Positions 37,251 through 52,381 of a DNA stretch of 64,000 nt are shown in pieces; position 1 is the stretch's first letter, and each line of letters begins with the position of its first letter. Source of the DNA: Octopus vulgaris (Eukaryota); the NCBI GenBank assembly GCA_951406725.2, contig OX597814.1, positions 185,070,001 to 185,134,000 on the forward strand, in the 5' to 3' direction. Position numbers and translations under genes: made by a program. The notes under the pieces were generated by a model. The model saw only the letters and a program-made list of their open reading frames with translations. It did not search any database and was not told the DNA's origin.

Positions 37251-37580
37251 CATTATAACCCTACATAAAAACAAACATTAATACAGATAGAAAGATAGAT
37301 AGTACATATATATATATATATAATCGTTTATCTTTTATCTTATTTGTTTCAGTCATTTGACTGCGGCCATGGTAGCGCACCGTCATGAAGAATTTTTAGT
37401 CGAATGAATCCACCCCGATGCTATTTTCTTTTCTTTTTCTTTAAGCCTAGCACTTATTCTTCGCTAAGTTATGTAGACGTAAACAGACCAATACCAGGTG
37501 TCAAGCGGTGGTGGGGGATGAACCCAAACACAAAAGACAGACAGACACTCACACACATACAAATACATACATATATATTA

Positions 37581-38401
37581 GGTCTGATCAATATGTATCT
37601 GGACTGTAGCCATAGTAAGGAGGCTAACGTGCGGAGAGTAAAGCCGCTTGCCAAAGATTGATATTGAATACTGCTGGGCCTGCACAGTAAGTTTTGACAT
37701 TCTGTCTCACTTCTGCTGTCTACAGTAGTGCTTGGAAGGAATGTATGTAGCGTGTAATCGTCAAAAAGCTGTCAAGGCAATACCTGCTCAGAGGCCTACG
37801 CAAAGTTGCAGAAAGTGTTTGGAGAGGAGTGTATGAGTCACACACAAGTGTACGAGTGGTTTTCAAGATGGCCGAAAAATTTCCAAGATGACCGAAAAAT
37901 TTCGATATTGACAAACGTTCTGGGTGACCCGCAACCAGCGGAATTGAGGAAAACATCGTAGATGTGCGTGCGGTTGTGAGGGAACATCGTCGAATCACAA
38001 TCCGTGAGTTATCAGAGGATGTGCAGATTAGTTACGGTTATGTCTACCAAGTTTGTACCAAAACTGCTTTCAGCTAACCAACAAGACACTTGGGTTTCAG
38101 TAGCTCAAGATCTCCTTGATTGTGTCGAGAACAATGAAAACTTTTTGAAAACCTTGCATAGGCCTCTGAACAGGTATCGCCAAGCTTTTAGCAGAATTTG
38201 ATGCAGATTCTCTGCTCAACTTTCTCTGTCACACGCTACACACCTTCCTTCTAAACACTGTTATAAACATCGGCAGTGAGCTTGAACGTTAAAACTTAGT
38301 GCGCATACACAACAAAGTTCAAGGTTAATCTGTGCAAAACGGCTTTACCCTCCGTACTTTAGCTTCGTTATTATAACAACAGTCCGGATACTTATTGATC
38401 A
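37581..38401 (+). mobile_element. Mariner derivative made of two inverted 5' ends
   Basis: TIRs TGATCAATATGTATCTGGACTGT / ACAGTCCGGATACTTATTGATCA; + strand CSEAYAKLQKVFGEECMSHTQVYEWF…HRRITIRELSE…KFVPKLLS; minus strand EQRICIKFC*KLGDTCSEAYA. Confidence 0.85.
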
Positions 38402-38529
38402 TATACATACATACATACATACATACATACATACATACATACAAAAATACCCAGTTGATGTTGTTGAATTTCTAATGAAGGAGCCTTGGATCTAGGTGAG
38501 AAACATACATACATACATACATACATACA

Positions 38530-38563
<34 letters not shown>

Positions 38564-38817
38564 CATACATACATACAACAGTCTTCTATCAGTTTTCGTG
38601 AACCAGATCTACACACAAGGCTTTAGTTGACTCGTGGTTATAGTAGAAAACACTTACTCAATATGCCACGCAGTGGGAGTGGGACTAAACCGGGTAGCAA
38701 ACTACTTACCACACACACACAGACACACACACACACATATGCATGTATGTACGTACGTATGTATGTATAAGTATCTAGTTAGCTAGCTATCAAGCTCGAT
38801 AGATAGACAGACAGACA

Positions 38818-38872
<55 letters not shown>

Positions 38873-39728
38873 TTAGCAAGGTTCATACTACAGAGATTTA
38901 TTGTAATAATTCTCCTGAATCACGGAAGGCATTTGCGTGAATATTTATCTGCAGTTTATATAGTGTCAAACAATATGAGCGAGAAATCTCGCACTGCACA
39001 CAATACTCAAACCAAGTCCAGGTATATTTTCCTATGGGAAGAAATGAAGTTAACACTACCAGTCAGCAATAAATCAGTTCTTTAGTTCCACGATGCTGCT
39101 GCTGTTTACACCAATCAGCTGTACCGCCTGAGACGTGTTGAAGTTTCACAGATTTGGTGATGGCCACAATGAATCGGCATTGCTTGTTGGATATTAGCCA
39201 CTGACATTTCAACCCTGTCGGCTGCTTCGTATACCCGCTTATGTAACTGCTGAATTTATAGAGACAGAGAATAGATACTTCAGTGCAGAAATACATTAAC
39301 GTTTTCATGCAAGAACATGTATGCATGCATACATACATACATACATACATATATACATACATACATACATACATGCAAACATGCATACATGCATACATGC
39401 ATGCATACATACATACATACATACATACATACATACATGCATGCATGCATACATGCATGCATACACACATACATACATATATACATACATACATGGATGC
39501 ATGCATACATACATACATACATACATACAGTGAAGGGTCGTTCTTTGTGCTACTTCTGTTTTACATTTGTTTCTCTCGTTGTTTACGTATTGAACGCTTT
39601 TGTTTTAGTATTTCATGTTGTTTACTGTTGGTGCTGTCCATTACACACACACACATATGCATATATATATATATATTATTTATATTATTATATATATATA
39701 TGTACATGTATAGATACACACACACACA

Positions 39729-39836
<108 letters not shown>

Positions 39837-40069
39837 TGTTGTGTCTGGGGAGAGTCATTCTCTTTTGGTGCCTTATAATTTAACACACCGATAACTTTTC
39901 CACTCATTTGCTTCTTTATTTTTCTAAAATTTTCGTTGCGTCTTGCAGCCTTTTCAATAGTTTTGAATAGGCTGTGCACTGAGTCAATCCCACTCACTAA
40001 GCAACAGCAGCCATAATCCGAAAAGAAGAACAAGTCAACATCATCGGTAACCACTGAGCCGCAGATTTA

Positions 40070-40415
40070 TATCGGCGTTATCCCAGTTACCTGAGTTACC
40101 TTCTCCTAGAAGGATGCCCTAACAAAGGCTAGGAGTCCTTCACTCCCAATGGTGTAACCGCACGATCGCGTATTCAGTCCGATTATTTCTATGTCCCCGC
40201 GCATGATACAGCCTTAAGACATTTATTGGATGGCTGTTGACTCTCAAGAGTTCCTCCGCCCTTTGACGGGCTTTGTTCTTCATCTCGCAGGGTGTCCAAT
40301 AAACACCCTCCTCGCCAAGCAAGCTTGGTGGGGTTGAGGTTTGGTCGCCGACGACCCGACCATGCAACTGGGTTACATGTTACTAGTAGCACTCGAAAGT
40401 GACTCGAAAGTGACC
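40070..40415 (-). mobile_element. Possible RTE-type 5' UTR fragment
   Basis: GC-richer complex sequence (GAGTTACCTTCTCCTAGA…GGTCGCCGACGACCCGACCATGC) resembling RTE leaders as I recall them; no coding motif. Confidence 0.35.
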
Positions 40416-40499
40416 TGACATAACATACATACATACATATATACACACATATATGTATATACACATATATGTGTGTATGTGTGTGAGTGTGTGTGTGTG

Positions 40500-40710
40500 T
40501 GTCTGTGTTTGTCCCCACCTCATCACCGTTTGACAACCGCCGTTAGTGTGTTTACGTCCACGTAAAGTAGCGGTTCGGCAAAAGACACCGATAGAATACG
40601 TACTAGGCTTCAAAAAAATGAATAGTCATGGGGTCGATTTGTTTGACTAAAAGACGGTGTTCCAGCATGGCCGCAGTCAAATGACTGAAACAAGTAAAAG
40701 TACAAAAGAA

Positions 40711-40755
<45 letters not shown>

Positions 40756-41095
40756 CTAGGCGTAAGCGTGGCTGTTAGGTAAGAAGCTTGTTTCCTAACC
40801 TCATGGTTCCAAGTTGGTTCAGTCCCACTGTGTAACGCCTTGGGCCAAGTATCTTCTACTATAACCTCAGAAGACCAAAGCCTAGTGAAATAAACCAGTC
40901 CTATACATATATATCTATGGGTGTATGTCTTTATGTCTGAGTCCTCCACTACCTCTTCTTGACAACCGGCGTTGGTGTGTTAACGTTCGGTAAAATTGAC
41001 CGATAGAAGTACCAGTGGTCGATTAATACAGCTACAAATTCTTCAAGGCAGTACCCCCAGCATGGTCGCAATCTAATGACTGAAACAAATGTATA
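40500..41095 (+). mobile_element. SINE A 3' half followed by a decayed SINE A copy
   Basis: Family A tails at ~40655-40700 and ~41045-41090. Confidence 0.7.
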
Positions 41096-41447
41096 ATAAA
41101 AGACACATATTTATATATTTGAGGATACTAAATTATCAGTACATTACTCGTTAGAAATCGATAATCTAATACGAAAATTTATCGAGAAAATGTGCATAAT
41201 TATTAAAAATTATTTGGTTTTTGCCAGATTAGAGTTGTTTTATTAAATTAGCAAATATATTCTCGAATGCACCACGCAGCCTGTGCACATACACACGCAC
41301 GCACACAAACACACACACACATACACACACAAGCACACGCACATACACACGCATCCTGTAATATTCTGATGTCTCCAAACACAACATCCGATATCAATGT
41401 GTGTGTGAGCGCGCGTGTGAATGTATGTATGTATGTATGTATGTATG

Positions 41448-41481
<34 letters not shown>

Positions 41482-42030
41482 TACAGACGTATATGTGTGC
41501 GTATGCATGTTTATATCTATATACACACGATATATAAATATACACACATATATATATATATATATATTATATATAATATATATTATTATACACACACAAA
41601 TATATTACATTATATCATATTATTGTAAATATATACGTACACACACACATACGTGTGTGTGTGTGTGTGCATTCAGAGTTAATAGTTCAGTCGAACTTAC
41701 TGCAAGAAGGCAATATAGAATGGGATCATGAAAGGAATATACCCAAGTGAATCCCAATTGGGAATCATTTGACGCGGAGCGAGAGATTACAGCAATTACA
41801 TGCAGTAATTCACATGGATAAGCATGCAGTGGTTTTTTTTCTTTTTTTTTTTGCAATGTTCGCGACGTCTTACGCTTCTAACCTTGGATTTAAGGACAAT
41901 GGAAATAATATTCGGAAACTACTGGTAAAAGTAGAGAATGCATAGCCATGGATATGGCACAAGCATGTGAATTTAAGACTGGCGCTGAACACAAAATAAA
42001 AAGACAGCTCAAAAGCAGCCAATGGGAAAA

Positions 42031-42426
42031 TCTTTATATATAAAAGTAAGGTTGTGTGTCTGTCTACTCCGATTTAGATTCCTAACTACTCCCACATTTT
42101 GCGGTGCAGTTTAACCAAAAGCGGATATCTTATAGTCGTGATTCATATCGAGCCCTTGTGGGTATTAGCGAGCGTCTACGATGAGTCTACGATTTTAAAC
42201 ATAATTTACCATCATTTTTTTCCATTTTAATGCATATTTTTTTTAATATAAGGGAAGAAACTCTCTAAAAATGTCTACGATGAGTCAACGATTTTTAAAA
42301 AAGTTTTACCATCATATTTTTTCCATTTTTAATGCATTTTTTTTCTAATTTTTGGCTATAACTCTCTAAAAATGCTTTATAGTTATTTCCCTTACAAAAC
42401 CGAGCAACGCCGGGCGATACTGCTAG
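42031..42426 (+). mobile_element. Non-autonomous Helitron-like element (short form)
   Basis: A|TCTTTATATATAAAAG … CCGAGCAACGCCGGGCGATACTGCTAG|T; no TSD. Confidence 0.85.
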
Positions 42427-42771
42427 TAAAATACAAACATTATGGTTATAGTTGTCTGTCTCTGATTTGGGATGGTAGCAGTGTGGATGAGAAAAAGATG
42501 TAGAAGGATAATAATGTAACTATGCTGTGTTTGAAAGGAACTCGTATATTCAGCATTAGCATGAGAGTCGCTTGGTGCCGCCGGAGAGTGGTGCTGCAAT
42601 CAGAAGTTTCTTGTTGATAGCCGAAGAAAGGAGTGTCTCGTAATTCAAACAATGTGTAGAATATTCTTAGTTTTACATTAATTACTGTCTTCTCCGAATC
42701 ATCGCTTTCAGTCACCAACAATACCACCGTCACTCCATTTGATAGCCATTGCGAATAGCAACACTAATGTA

Positions 42772-43004
42772 TATTTCTTTACTACCCACAAGGGGCTAAA
42801 CACAGAGGGGACAAACAAGGACGGACAAACAGATTAAGTCGATTATATCGAACCCAGTACGTAACTGGTACTTAATTTATCGACCCCGAAAGGATGAAAG
42901 GCAAAGTCGACCTCGGCGGAATTTGAACTCAGAACGTAACGGCAGACGAAATACGGCTACGCATTTCGCCCGGCGTGCTAACGTTTCTGCCAGCTCGCCG
43001 CCTT
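42772..43004 (-). mobile_element. SINE family B, full-length monomer
   Basis: Close to family consensus. Confidence 0.9.
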
Positions 43005-43399
43005 CAGCTGTCATACTGTATGTCAGAATGTGCAGCAGGGTGGTGCAACACTAATGTCGTCGCATAGTTCTCACTGTGCATGCAACCATGTGTTGCCATC
43101 TGTTGGCGCGTTACAGAACTAGTCCGGGAAATTTTTGAAACCACCTCGTATGTGTTGTAGGTACTAATGAGACCCTTATTTTTACGCTTTCTAACCGATT
43201 TGTTACTATACTGTTAGAAACACAAACACTACAGTATGCTTCCCTTCGTAATTATCTAGTGTAATCATCAAGCTAGGTGGCAGGATTTTGCACTTCGCGC
43301 CATTTATTTTAATGCCTTGTTATTTATATGATTTGAGTAAGTGTTTAGAGAATATGTTAAGTTGTAAAAGATACGGATATTAGGGTTGTATCATCAGTA

Positions 43400-43757
43400 C
43401 ATCTAATATCTATGAAGAGAAAACATCAGTATATACAAGATTTTCGACATCGTCTTTCAATTCACTCGCAAGGAATTCTAGGAAGTTGAGGCAAAGGGTG
43501 TGAGATGCAATTAGTCGATTTAATGTTAGACCTCGTGGAGACACTGTTGATGTCATATTCGTAGTCAGACAGATAATTGAAAAAGCACAAGATCACCAAG
43601 TGCCTTCGCACTTCAAAGTCACCGATTTTAACGCTACCATTGATACCATCTGGCGAAAGGCCTTACTCATAGCAATAGGTGTAAACTCCAGGATAATGCG
43701 TATTTTAGAGTCGCCATACTGTAACACCGTGTGCGGTGTTACGATCATAGATGGTCA
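43400..43757 (+). mobile_element. Decayed RTE-type reverse transcriptase fragment
   Basis: RPRGDTVDVIFVVRQIIEKAQDHQVPSHFKVTDFNATIDTIWRKAL…IGVNSRIMRILES; matches the RST.D.IF..RQ..EK / F.DF..AFD RT motifs. Confidence 0.7.
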
Positions 43758-43791
43758 GCTGAAAGATTAGTTTTAATTAAGTGTACGAAGA

Positions 43792-43823
<32 letters not shown>

Positions 43824-43825
<2 letters not shown>

Positions 43826-43980
43826 GCACAGGAGTGGCTGTGTGGTAAGTAGCTTGCTTACTAACCACATGGTTCCGGGTTCAGTCCCACTGTGTGACAA
43901 CTTGGGCAAGTGTCTTGTACTATAGCCTCGGGCAGCCCAAAGTTGATTTGGTAGGCGGAAACTGAAAGAAGCCCGTCGTA
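43824..43980 (+). mobile_element. SINE family A 5' half
   Basis: Head up to AAGAAGCCCGTCG, then microsatellite. Confidence 0.8.
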
Positions 43981-44083
43981 TATATATATATGTGTGTGTA
44001 TGTATGTATGTATGTATGTATGTATGTATGTATGTATGTATGTATATATGCGTGTGAGTGTAGAGAGAGATAAATAGACAGAC

Positions 44084-44158
<75 letters not shown>

Positions 44159-44896
44159 TATATACATACACGCGCACACGCATTCAGATATTAATGTGCT
44201 CGTGTATAATTATGTGTATGTCTGCTGATACGTGTATACAACTGTGTGTATGTGTGTGTGTGTGTATGTGCGTACATGCGCGCGCCTGTGTATGTGCAAG
44301 TGTGTGTGTGTGTGTGCGCGTGTGACACGACTGTAAGTACGTGTTCATCTGCGAGGTACGCCAAGTCAGGCTTGGCAAATATAAATAGTGAAATCTGTAC
44401 TAACATAATAAATGTAATGAGCCACAAAATTTTAATGAATTAAAATTATAACCATTAGTGAGGAGAAAACCATCAGGCGGTATGTTGGCAGAACCGGTAG
44501 AGCGTCGAATTGAAAGGCATGCGGTATTCATTCTAACTTCCTACGCTCTGATTTCAAATCCTGCCAACATTGTTTTCTCTCCTTTCGGGATTCAAACGAA
44601 TAAATTGCACGCCCCCTTTTTTCGGAGAAAGATGTCAGCTCCCCTGCCTCACATAGTGCCTCCACGACTCGTTGAATTCGGTGAATGATGCTGGTTTCAT
44701 TTTCCGTTTGTTGCCTCAATTTGAAAAAAAATTTGGTGACATTGGAAGCTTCAGCCGTGGCATTGAAGTGGAGAGTGTGAAGTTGGAAGGTACGAAAGTG
44801 ATTGTATTTTCCATATTTTTGTCTTATGATACAAAAGATCATCAGCTGTCATTTCTGTGGAAACCTATATCAATAATAATAATAATAATAATAATA

Positions 44897-45250
44897 ATCC
44901 TTTCCACTTTTGGCACAAAGCCTTCAATGTGGGGTACGGGTAGTCGATTACATCGACCTCAGTATTTTACTGGTACTTAATTCATTGACCCCGAATGGGT
45001 GAAAGGCAAAGTCGACCGCGGATGAATTTCAACTCAGAATGTAAAAATGAACGAAATATCGCTAAGCATTTTGCCTGGCGTGTTAAGGATTCTGTCAGCT
45101 CGCCGCCCTAATGATGATGATGATGATGATGACGACGACGACGACGACGACGATAACAATAACAATAATAATAACAATAATAATAATAACAATAACAATA
45201 ACAATAATAATAATAACTATAATAATAATAATAACAATAATAATAATAAC

Positions 45251-45300
<50 letters not shown>

Positions 45301-45340
45301 TGATGATGATGAAAATAATAATAATAATAATAACTATAAC

Positions 45341-45375
<35 letters not shown>

Positions 45376-45457
45376 TGATGATGAAGATAATAATAATAAT
45401 AATAATAACAATATCAATAATAATAATAATAACTATAACAATAATAATAATAATAAT

Positions 45458-45497
<40 letters not shown>

Positions 45498-45688
45498 CTT
45501 TTTTATGGGAGTGAGCAAATAGATTACATTGACCCCAGTGCGTAATTGGTACTTATTTCATCGATCCCGAAGGGATGAAAGACAAAGTCGACCTCGGCGG
45601 AATTTGAACTCAGAACGTAAGGTCGGACGAAATACCGCTATGCATTTTACCCGGTGTACTACTAACGATTCTGCCAGCTCTCCGCCTT
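44897..45688 (-). mobile_element. Two SINE B copies (44897-45108, 45510-45688) around a (GAT/AAT)n tract
   Basis: Family B homology; trinucleotide tract 45109-45497. Confidence 0.8.
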
Positions 45689-45786
45689 AATGAAGATAAT
45701 TATAAAAGTAATCCCTTCTGTTACTGGTACAAGATACAAAGCCTAGAAATTATATATAAACGACAGGCTTCTTTCAGTTCCCGTCA

Positions 45787-45835
<49 letters not shown>

Positions 45836-46343
45836 CCTTTATTGGTCACAAGGCCCCAAGACATTAAGGGCTATATATAAAAAAAAGACGAAATATAACT
45901 CTCAAAATGGTGGGGTTTTACATCAATCAAAAATGGGGTAACAACAATAAGGAGAATATAACAAAAGATATTAGGCACAACACCAGCAGTTTATAGAGGC
46001 GGTTGTTATTCGATAACATCGTCTTCAGTGCTTGTCTGGTACCGAAAGGATGAAGAACAAAGTTGACTTCAGCGGAACATAATCTCAGAAAGCAAAGAAG
46101 CAGGCACAGCAGCAACAGCAGCAGCAGCAGCGGAGGAGGTGGCTGTTCTAGAACCTTCGTATTCATCATTCCAGTCATCTTCATCATTAACATCATCGTC
46201 AGCAGAACAGAGGAAAAAGTCAACGAAGGACTATCTACCCTAGTGGTTCTCAACAGGGGTCCATATGGCTAAATGAGGTCCATGTAAGATTTTTGTTGTT
46301 AGAATTTATATGTCATAAATTTGATAAACTTCCCTTCCACAAT

Positions 46344-46762
46344 AGGCGCAGGAGTGCATGTGTGGTAAGTAGCTTGCTTACCAACCACATGGTCCCGGGT
46401 TCAGTCCCACTGCGTGGCACCTTGGGCAAGTGTCTTCTACTATAGCCTCGGGCCGACCAAAGCCTTGTGAGTGGACTTGGTAGATGAAAACTGAAAGAAA
46501 CCTGTTGTATATATGTATATGCATATATGCATGTGTGTGTATATGTTTGTGAGTCTGTGTTTGCCCCCCCCCCCCCCAACATCGCTTGACAACCGATCGT
46601 GGTGAGTTTACGTCTCTGTAAACTAGCGGTTCGGCAAAAGAGACCGATAGAATAAGTACTAGATTTGCAAAGAATAAGTCCTGGGATCCAGTTGCTCGAC
46701 TAAAGGTGGTGCTCCAGCATGGAAGCAGTCAAATGACTGAAACAAGTAAAAGAGAAAGAGAA
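46344..46762 (+). mobile_element. SINE family A, full length
   Basis: Homology to family A. Confidence 0.9.
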
Positions 46763-46919
46763 AAATACAGTTGATGGACCAGGGCTAATAAGGAAGGACG
46801 AAGCAAGAATCTGCATATCTACAGAATACTGAGAAACTACTACAAATAATAAGGCCCTAATACTACCACCAAATCCAACACCATGGCCACCACCTTTACA
46901 ACTGTTACCTCCTCCATTG

Positions 46920-47755
46920 ATCACTCTCACTAATACCATTAGCACCATCATTATCAATATTGCTACTAATATCACCACCACCACCATCATCATTACAATA
47001 TCATTACCCCCACCGACACCACTACTGCCTTTATGCTGCCATCATCATCACAGTCATCACCATCGTTACCATCATCACCATCGTCTTCATCATCATCACT
47101 GTCAACACGGCTTCCATCACCATCACCACCACTGTCACTATGACCTCCATCATCCATCACTATCATCAATATCAGCATCAGCAGCAATATCATCACGAGC
47201 AACAATGACACACCATCACCACCACCACCACCACAACCACCACTACCATCACCATCACCACCATCATCACCACCGCCATTATAACCATTACCATCATCAC
47301 AACCACCATCACCACTACCATCACCACTACCATCACCACTACCATCACCACCACCATCACCACCACCACCAATACCACCACCAAAACCACACTACCATCA
47401 GCAACACCATCATCACCACTACCACCATTATAACCACTGCCATCATGACCACCACCATTATCACTACCATCAAACTACCATCAAAAACATCATCACCACC
47501 AGCATCACCACCACCACCACTATCACCATCACCACCACCATCACCACCACCACCATCACCACCACCACCATCATCACCACCACCACCACCTTCACCACCA
47601 CTATCACCACCACCAACACCACCATCACCACCACCACCACCACCACCATCACCAACACCAGCACCATCACCAACAGCACCATCACCACCACCACCACCAT
47701 CACCACCACCACCACCATCACCACCACCACCGCCGCCGCCACCACCACCATCACT
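46920..47755. repeat. Degenerate (CAC/CAT)n tract
   Basis: Seen directly; explains the 302-aa poly-H/poly-P ORF. Confidence 0.9.
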
Positions 47756-48136
47756 ATGCCGACTGTTATCACAAGAACAACGACGTGAACAAAGACATCA
47801 TATAAACATGTCTCCAAAATCTTAGAACTGTTATAAGATATGGCATTGTTCTGCACAAAGAAAAGAAAAGGGGAGGGTGTCACGTGGGGGTGTTTGAGGG
47901 TAGTGGAGGGGCATGCAGAGGTAAGGAACAGGAAGTGGGAAGTGGAGGTGGGGTTTAGGTAGAGTCTGCATTGTAAAAGTTGATATCTTTACATGGCAGG
48001 AAGAGTAAGGCACGCAAATACACCTTCACATATACATATATACACGTGTGTGTGCGTGTGTGTGTGTGTATGCGTGTGTGAGTGTGCGTTTGTGAATGTG
48101 TGTGTATATATATGCATATATATAAATTTATGTATG

Positions 48137-48179
<43 letters not shown>

Positions 48180-48186
48180 GAGCAAC

Positions 48187-48230
<44 letters not shown>

Positions 48231-48721
48231 CATGTATGTATATATACATAGAGTTGCTCATTTACAGGTAGACGTATATACATGTATATACACACATGGC
48301 TATTAATATTCGTCCATACACTTTCACGTACACGCACTCACATACACGCTCTCCTACGCACATTGGTACATATAGATACACATACACACACACACATGTA
48401 TATGTATATATGTACATATATACACAAACGCACATATACATGCATGTATGGATGCATGTGCATGTTGATATACATGTGTGTGTGCGTGCGTGCGTGCCTT
48501 AAACAATATAGTAATCCCACATGCACATTTGCGCATGCAGGAGTTCAAGTGTATACTGCACATATACGCATTCATGTATAAGTATATGCACACATACCCA
48601 TCAGCGCACATGTATATATATATATATATATATATATAGATATAGATATACTCTGAGGGTACACACGCATACATAGGTGCACACACACATGCAAACACAC
48701 AAGCCACATGCATTCACCTCC

Positions 48722-48759
<38 letters not shown>

Positions 48760-49250
48760 ATAGGTATACATATACAGATACCCGCTCACACATAAGCATA
48801 TGCAAGCATGCACATAAGCACATATACTGACATATTTTGACTTGCGTTCGCACCATCTACACATACATACACGCATACACACTCATACACAAGCACGTGC
48901 AAACATACACATTAACACACATTCACATACATACTCTGACGTGCACTCGTACACATAACCGCGCACACACACACACTCACAAACACGCACACATACACAC
49001 AAACACACACATACGCATAAACATACACACAAACGCACATGCATTCACACTACACGCATACATGCATATCCACGCATACACACATACACACTCATATACA
49101 AAGCACATGCATGCATACACATAAGCGTGCATGCATTCACATACGCAATCATGCAGACACACGGACGCACACGTACACATAGAAAGGAACCCACGCATTG
49201 AGACAGATCAGTCATTACGTATTAAGGTGAAAAAGCAAAAATAAATAACA

Positions 49251-49793
<543 letters not shown>

Positions 49794-50162
49794 AGCAAAA
49801 TAAAGAGGCCTTCTTTAATAGCAAGGATGGAGGCTAGAAGTGAACAACAATAAGGCGGTAACCCACCGAGTGGAGGAAATGGGATCCAGTATACACAAAT
49901 ATATAGAGGCGGTTGTCAACATTGAGAGATAGCCCACCATGAAAGAAATGTACAATTTCGTAGGGAACCATTTAATAATATCACTGTGACCTTGCACACG
50001 AAAATATGAGTGTAGCAGAAAAAAAAAACAGAAAGACGTGACAGATATGAATGATGATCGTTGTGAGGTGGGTTTGTTTGTGCGTATTGGTGTTGTTGGG
50101 TGAGTGGTGCTGGTGGCGGCGGGCGGTGGTGGTGCGCGAGTGCGTGAGTGACAGTGTATGCA

Positions 50163-50199
<37 letters not shown>

Positions 50200-50218
50200 C
50201 TGTTCTATTTTAACAAAA

Positions 50219-50256
50219 CTGTCCGATGAAAGGGAACGTGAAACTCTCAGTAACAG
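50219..50256 (+). ncRNA. Minimal hammerhead-like motif (CCGAUGA core variant)
   Basis: CTGT-CCGATGA-AAGGGAACGT-GAAAC-TCTCA-GTA-ACAG followed by AATAAA, in a ~160-bp island between (TA)n tracts; stem II is weak. Confidence 0.45.
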
Positions 50257-50423
50257 CTTTGTTATATTTCTGCTGCTTTTAAATAAAGCATATTACTCTA
50301 CATCTGGTATTTGAGTACTGTTTTTGTCCACCTTGTTTCACATTTATGTACTTACTCCGATATATATATATATATATATTGAGAGAGATAAGCATGTGTG
50401 TGCATAGGATTGTATGTGTATAT

Positions 50424-50468
<45 letters not shown>

Positions 50469-50542
50469 ATACATACATACAATATACACACATATTACAT
50501 ATATATAATATATATATATATATATTCACTTATATATATATA

Positions 50543-51715
50543 CTAGCAGTATCGCCCGGCGTTGCTCGGGTTGTAAGGGAAATAACTATATAAGCATTTT
50601 TAGAGAGTTATAGCCAAAAAATAGCAAAAAAATTCATTAAAAATTGAAAAAAAATTAAGGTAAATTTTTTTTTAAATCGTTGACACATCGTAGATATTTT
50701 TAGAGAGTTACTTCCCTTATATAAAAGCGAAAAAAATGCATTAAAATGGAAAAATATGATGGTAATTTTTTTTAAATCGTAGACTCATCGTAGACGCGCG
50801 CTAATACCCAGAAGGGCTCGATATGAATCACGACTATAAGATACCCGCTTTTGGTTAAACTGCACCGCAAAATGTGGGAGTAGTTACGAATCTAAATCGT
50901 AGGAGACAGACACACAACTTCACTCTTATATAAAGATGCTTTTTTTTTTTCAGTCATAGAGTTAGATTTATGAAGGTCTTCAGTAGAAAATCCTTCGAAT
51001 TCTGACTCGCTGCTTGATATAATGAAATTCGTATCCATTTTTTGTCAGAATTACAAATTTTGAAAACACAATAGGAACAAATTTTGGAAAAAAATCTCCC
51101 ATAATTCACGGAATTAAAATTACACTTCGATTTTTGTACAAAACTGTATTTGAAGTGTTTACGAAGTATAATACGTGTTTTCACGAATGTACTAAAGAGA
51201 TTTACTCTGATATTCTCATTTAAATATGAATAGGTAAATTCGGGCGGTTTGGTAACGAAAGGGTTTATATAAGTGTCGTCTGTTTATACATAAACACTGT
51301 TTCATACTTTCAGTTTAGTCTTCCTCAAATCAGTCTGTCGCTATTTACTCTCTTCCAAGAACATTTTCACTCACTCTTATCTGTTAGCTTGCCATACATT
51401 TTACTCATGTATCTATCAGCGTGATAGACAGAAACAAATATTACATCTAGTTTCACTTTATTCGTTGCACACTGTGTGTGTGCGTTTGCGTGTGCTGTAA
51501 ACCAGACTAAGAAAAGCATTTGACATACACACCAGAATGTGAGTTTTCTGTAAATTTTGCTTAATTGGAGTTTAAATTTTAAAAACTGGACCTGGCAAAA
51601 CCCGATGCATTCTACTCTTAAAAATGCTATGTAAATTGTAATTGAAGAAATCCTATATTGTAGATTTCTATAACTGACAAAGGGAGGCAGATAAAATCTG
51701 CCTTTTATAATAAGA
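50543..51715 (-). mobile_element. Composite non-autonomous Helitron (long form), second copy
   Basis: Reverse complement of 28311-29556 apart from two short deletions; A|TC…CTAG|T. Confidence 0.8.
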
Positions 51716-51808
51716 TATAATTATACGCGCAAATATATATACATACATATATATTATATATGTGTATGTATTATGTACACACGCACGCACACACACACAC
51801 ACACACAT

Positions 51809-51858
<50 letters not shown>

Positions 51859-52329
51859 TTTAACAAGTTGTATCTTTAGGTAGTTGAAGCCATATGAATG
51901 ATAATTAGGCGTGCTGTAAATGTGTATGTATGTTATTTGTATGTATGTTATTTGTATGTATGTTATTTGTATATAACGTCGATTACGCCTATATATGAGT
52001 ATGTGTCGATGCGTATGTATATGTGTGTATGCATGTATATACGTATGTACATGTAAGTGGATTTTACAAGGAAAACGTTGGTAGTGACTTCAAAGTTTCG
52101 ATCTGCTCGCCTTAATCAGATTGTGCGTTACATGGGGTCTTTTGGCTTTATATAATCTTTAGCAAGTTGTTTTTTTAGGTAGATGAAGCTATGTGAAGGA
52201 TAACTAGATCTGGTGTATACATTTATAAATTTAGTTGCATATTATTTATGTGTCTGCAGGATCGGGTATGTATATGTATAAATATGTAAATATATAATAC
52301 GTATATAATATAATATATGTATGTATGTG

Positions 52330-52376
<47 letters not shown>

Positions 52377-52381
<5 letters not shown>

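Noticed and set aside
46917-47825. 302-aa His/Pro-rich ORF resembling an extensin or formin
   Set aside because: Translation of a degenerate (CAC/CAT)n tract; overlapping frames are also open and there is no domain.
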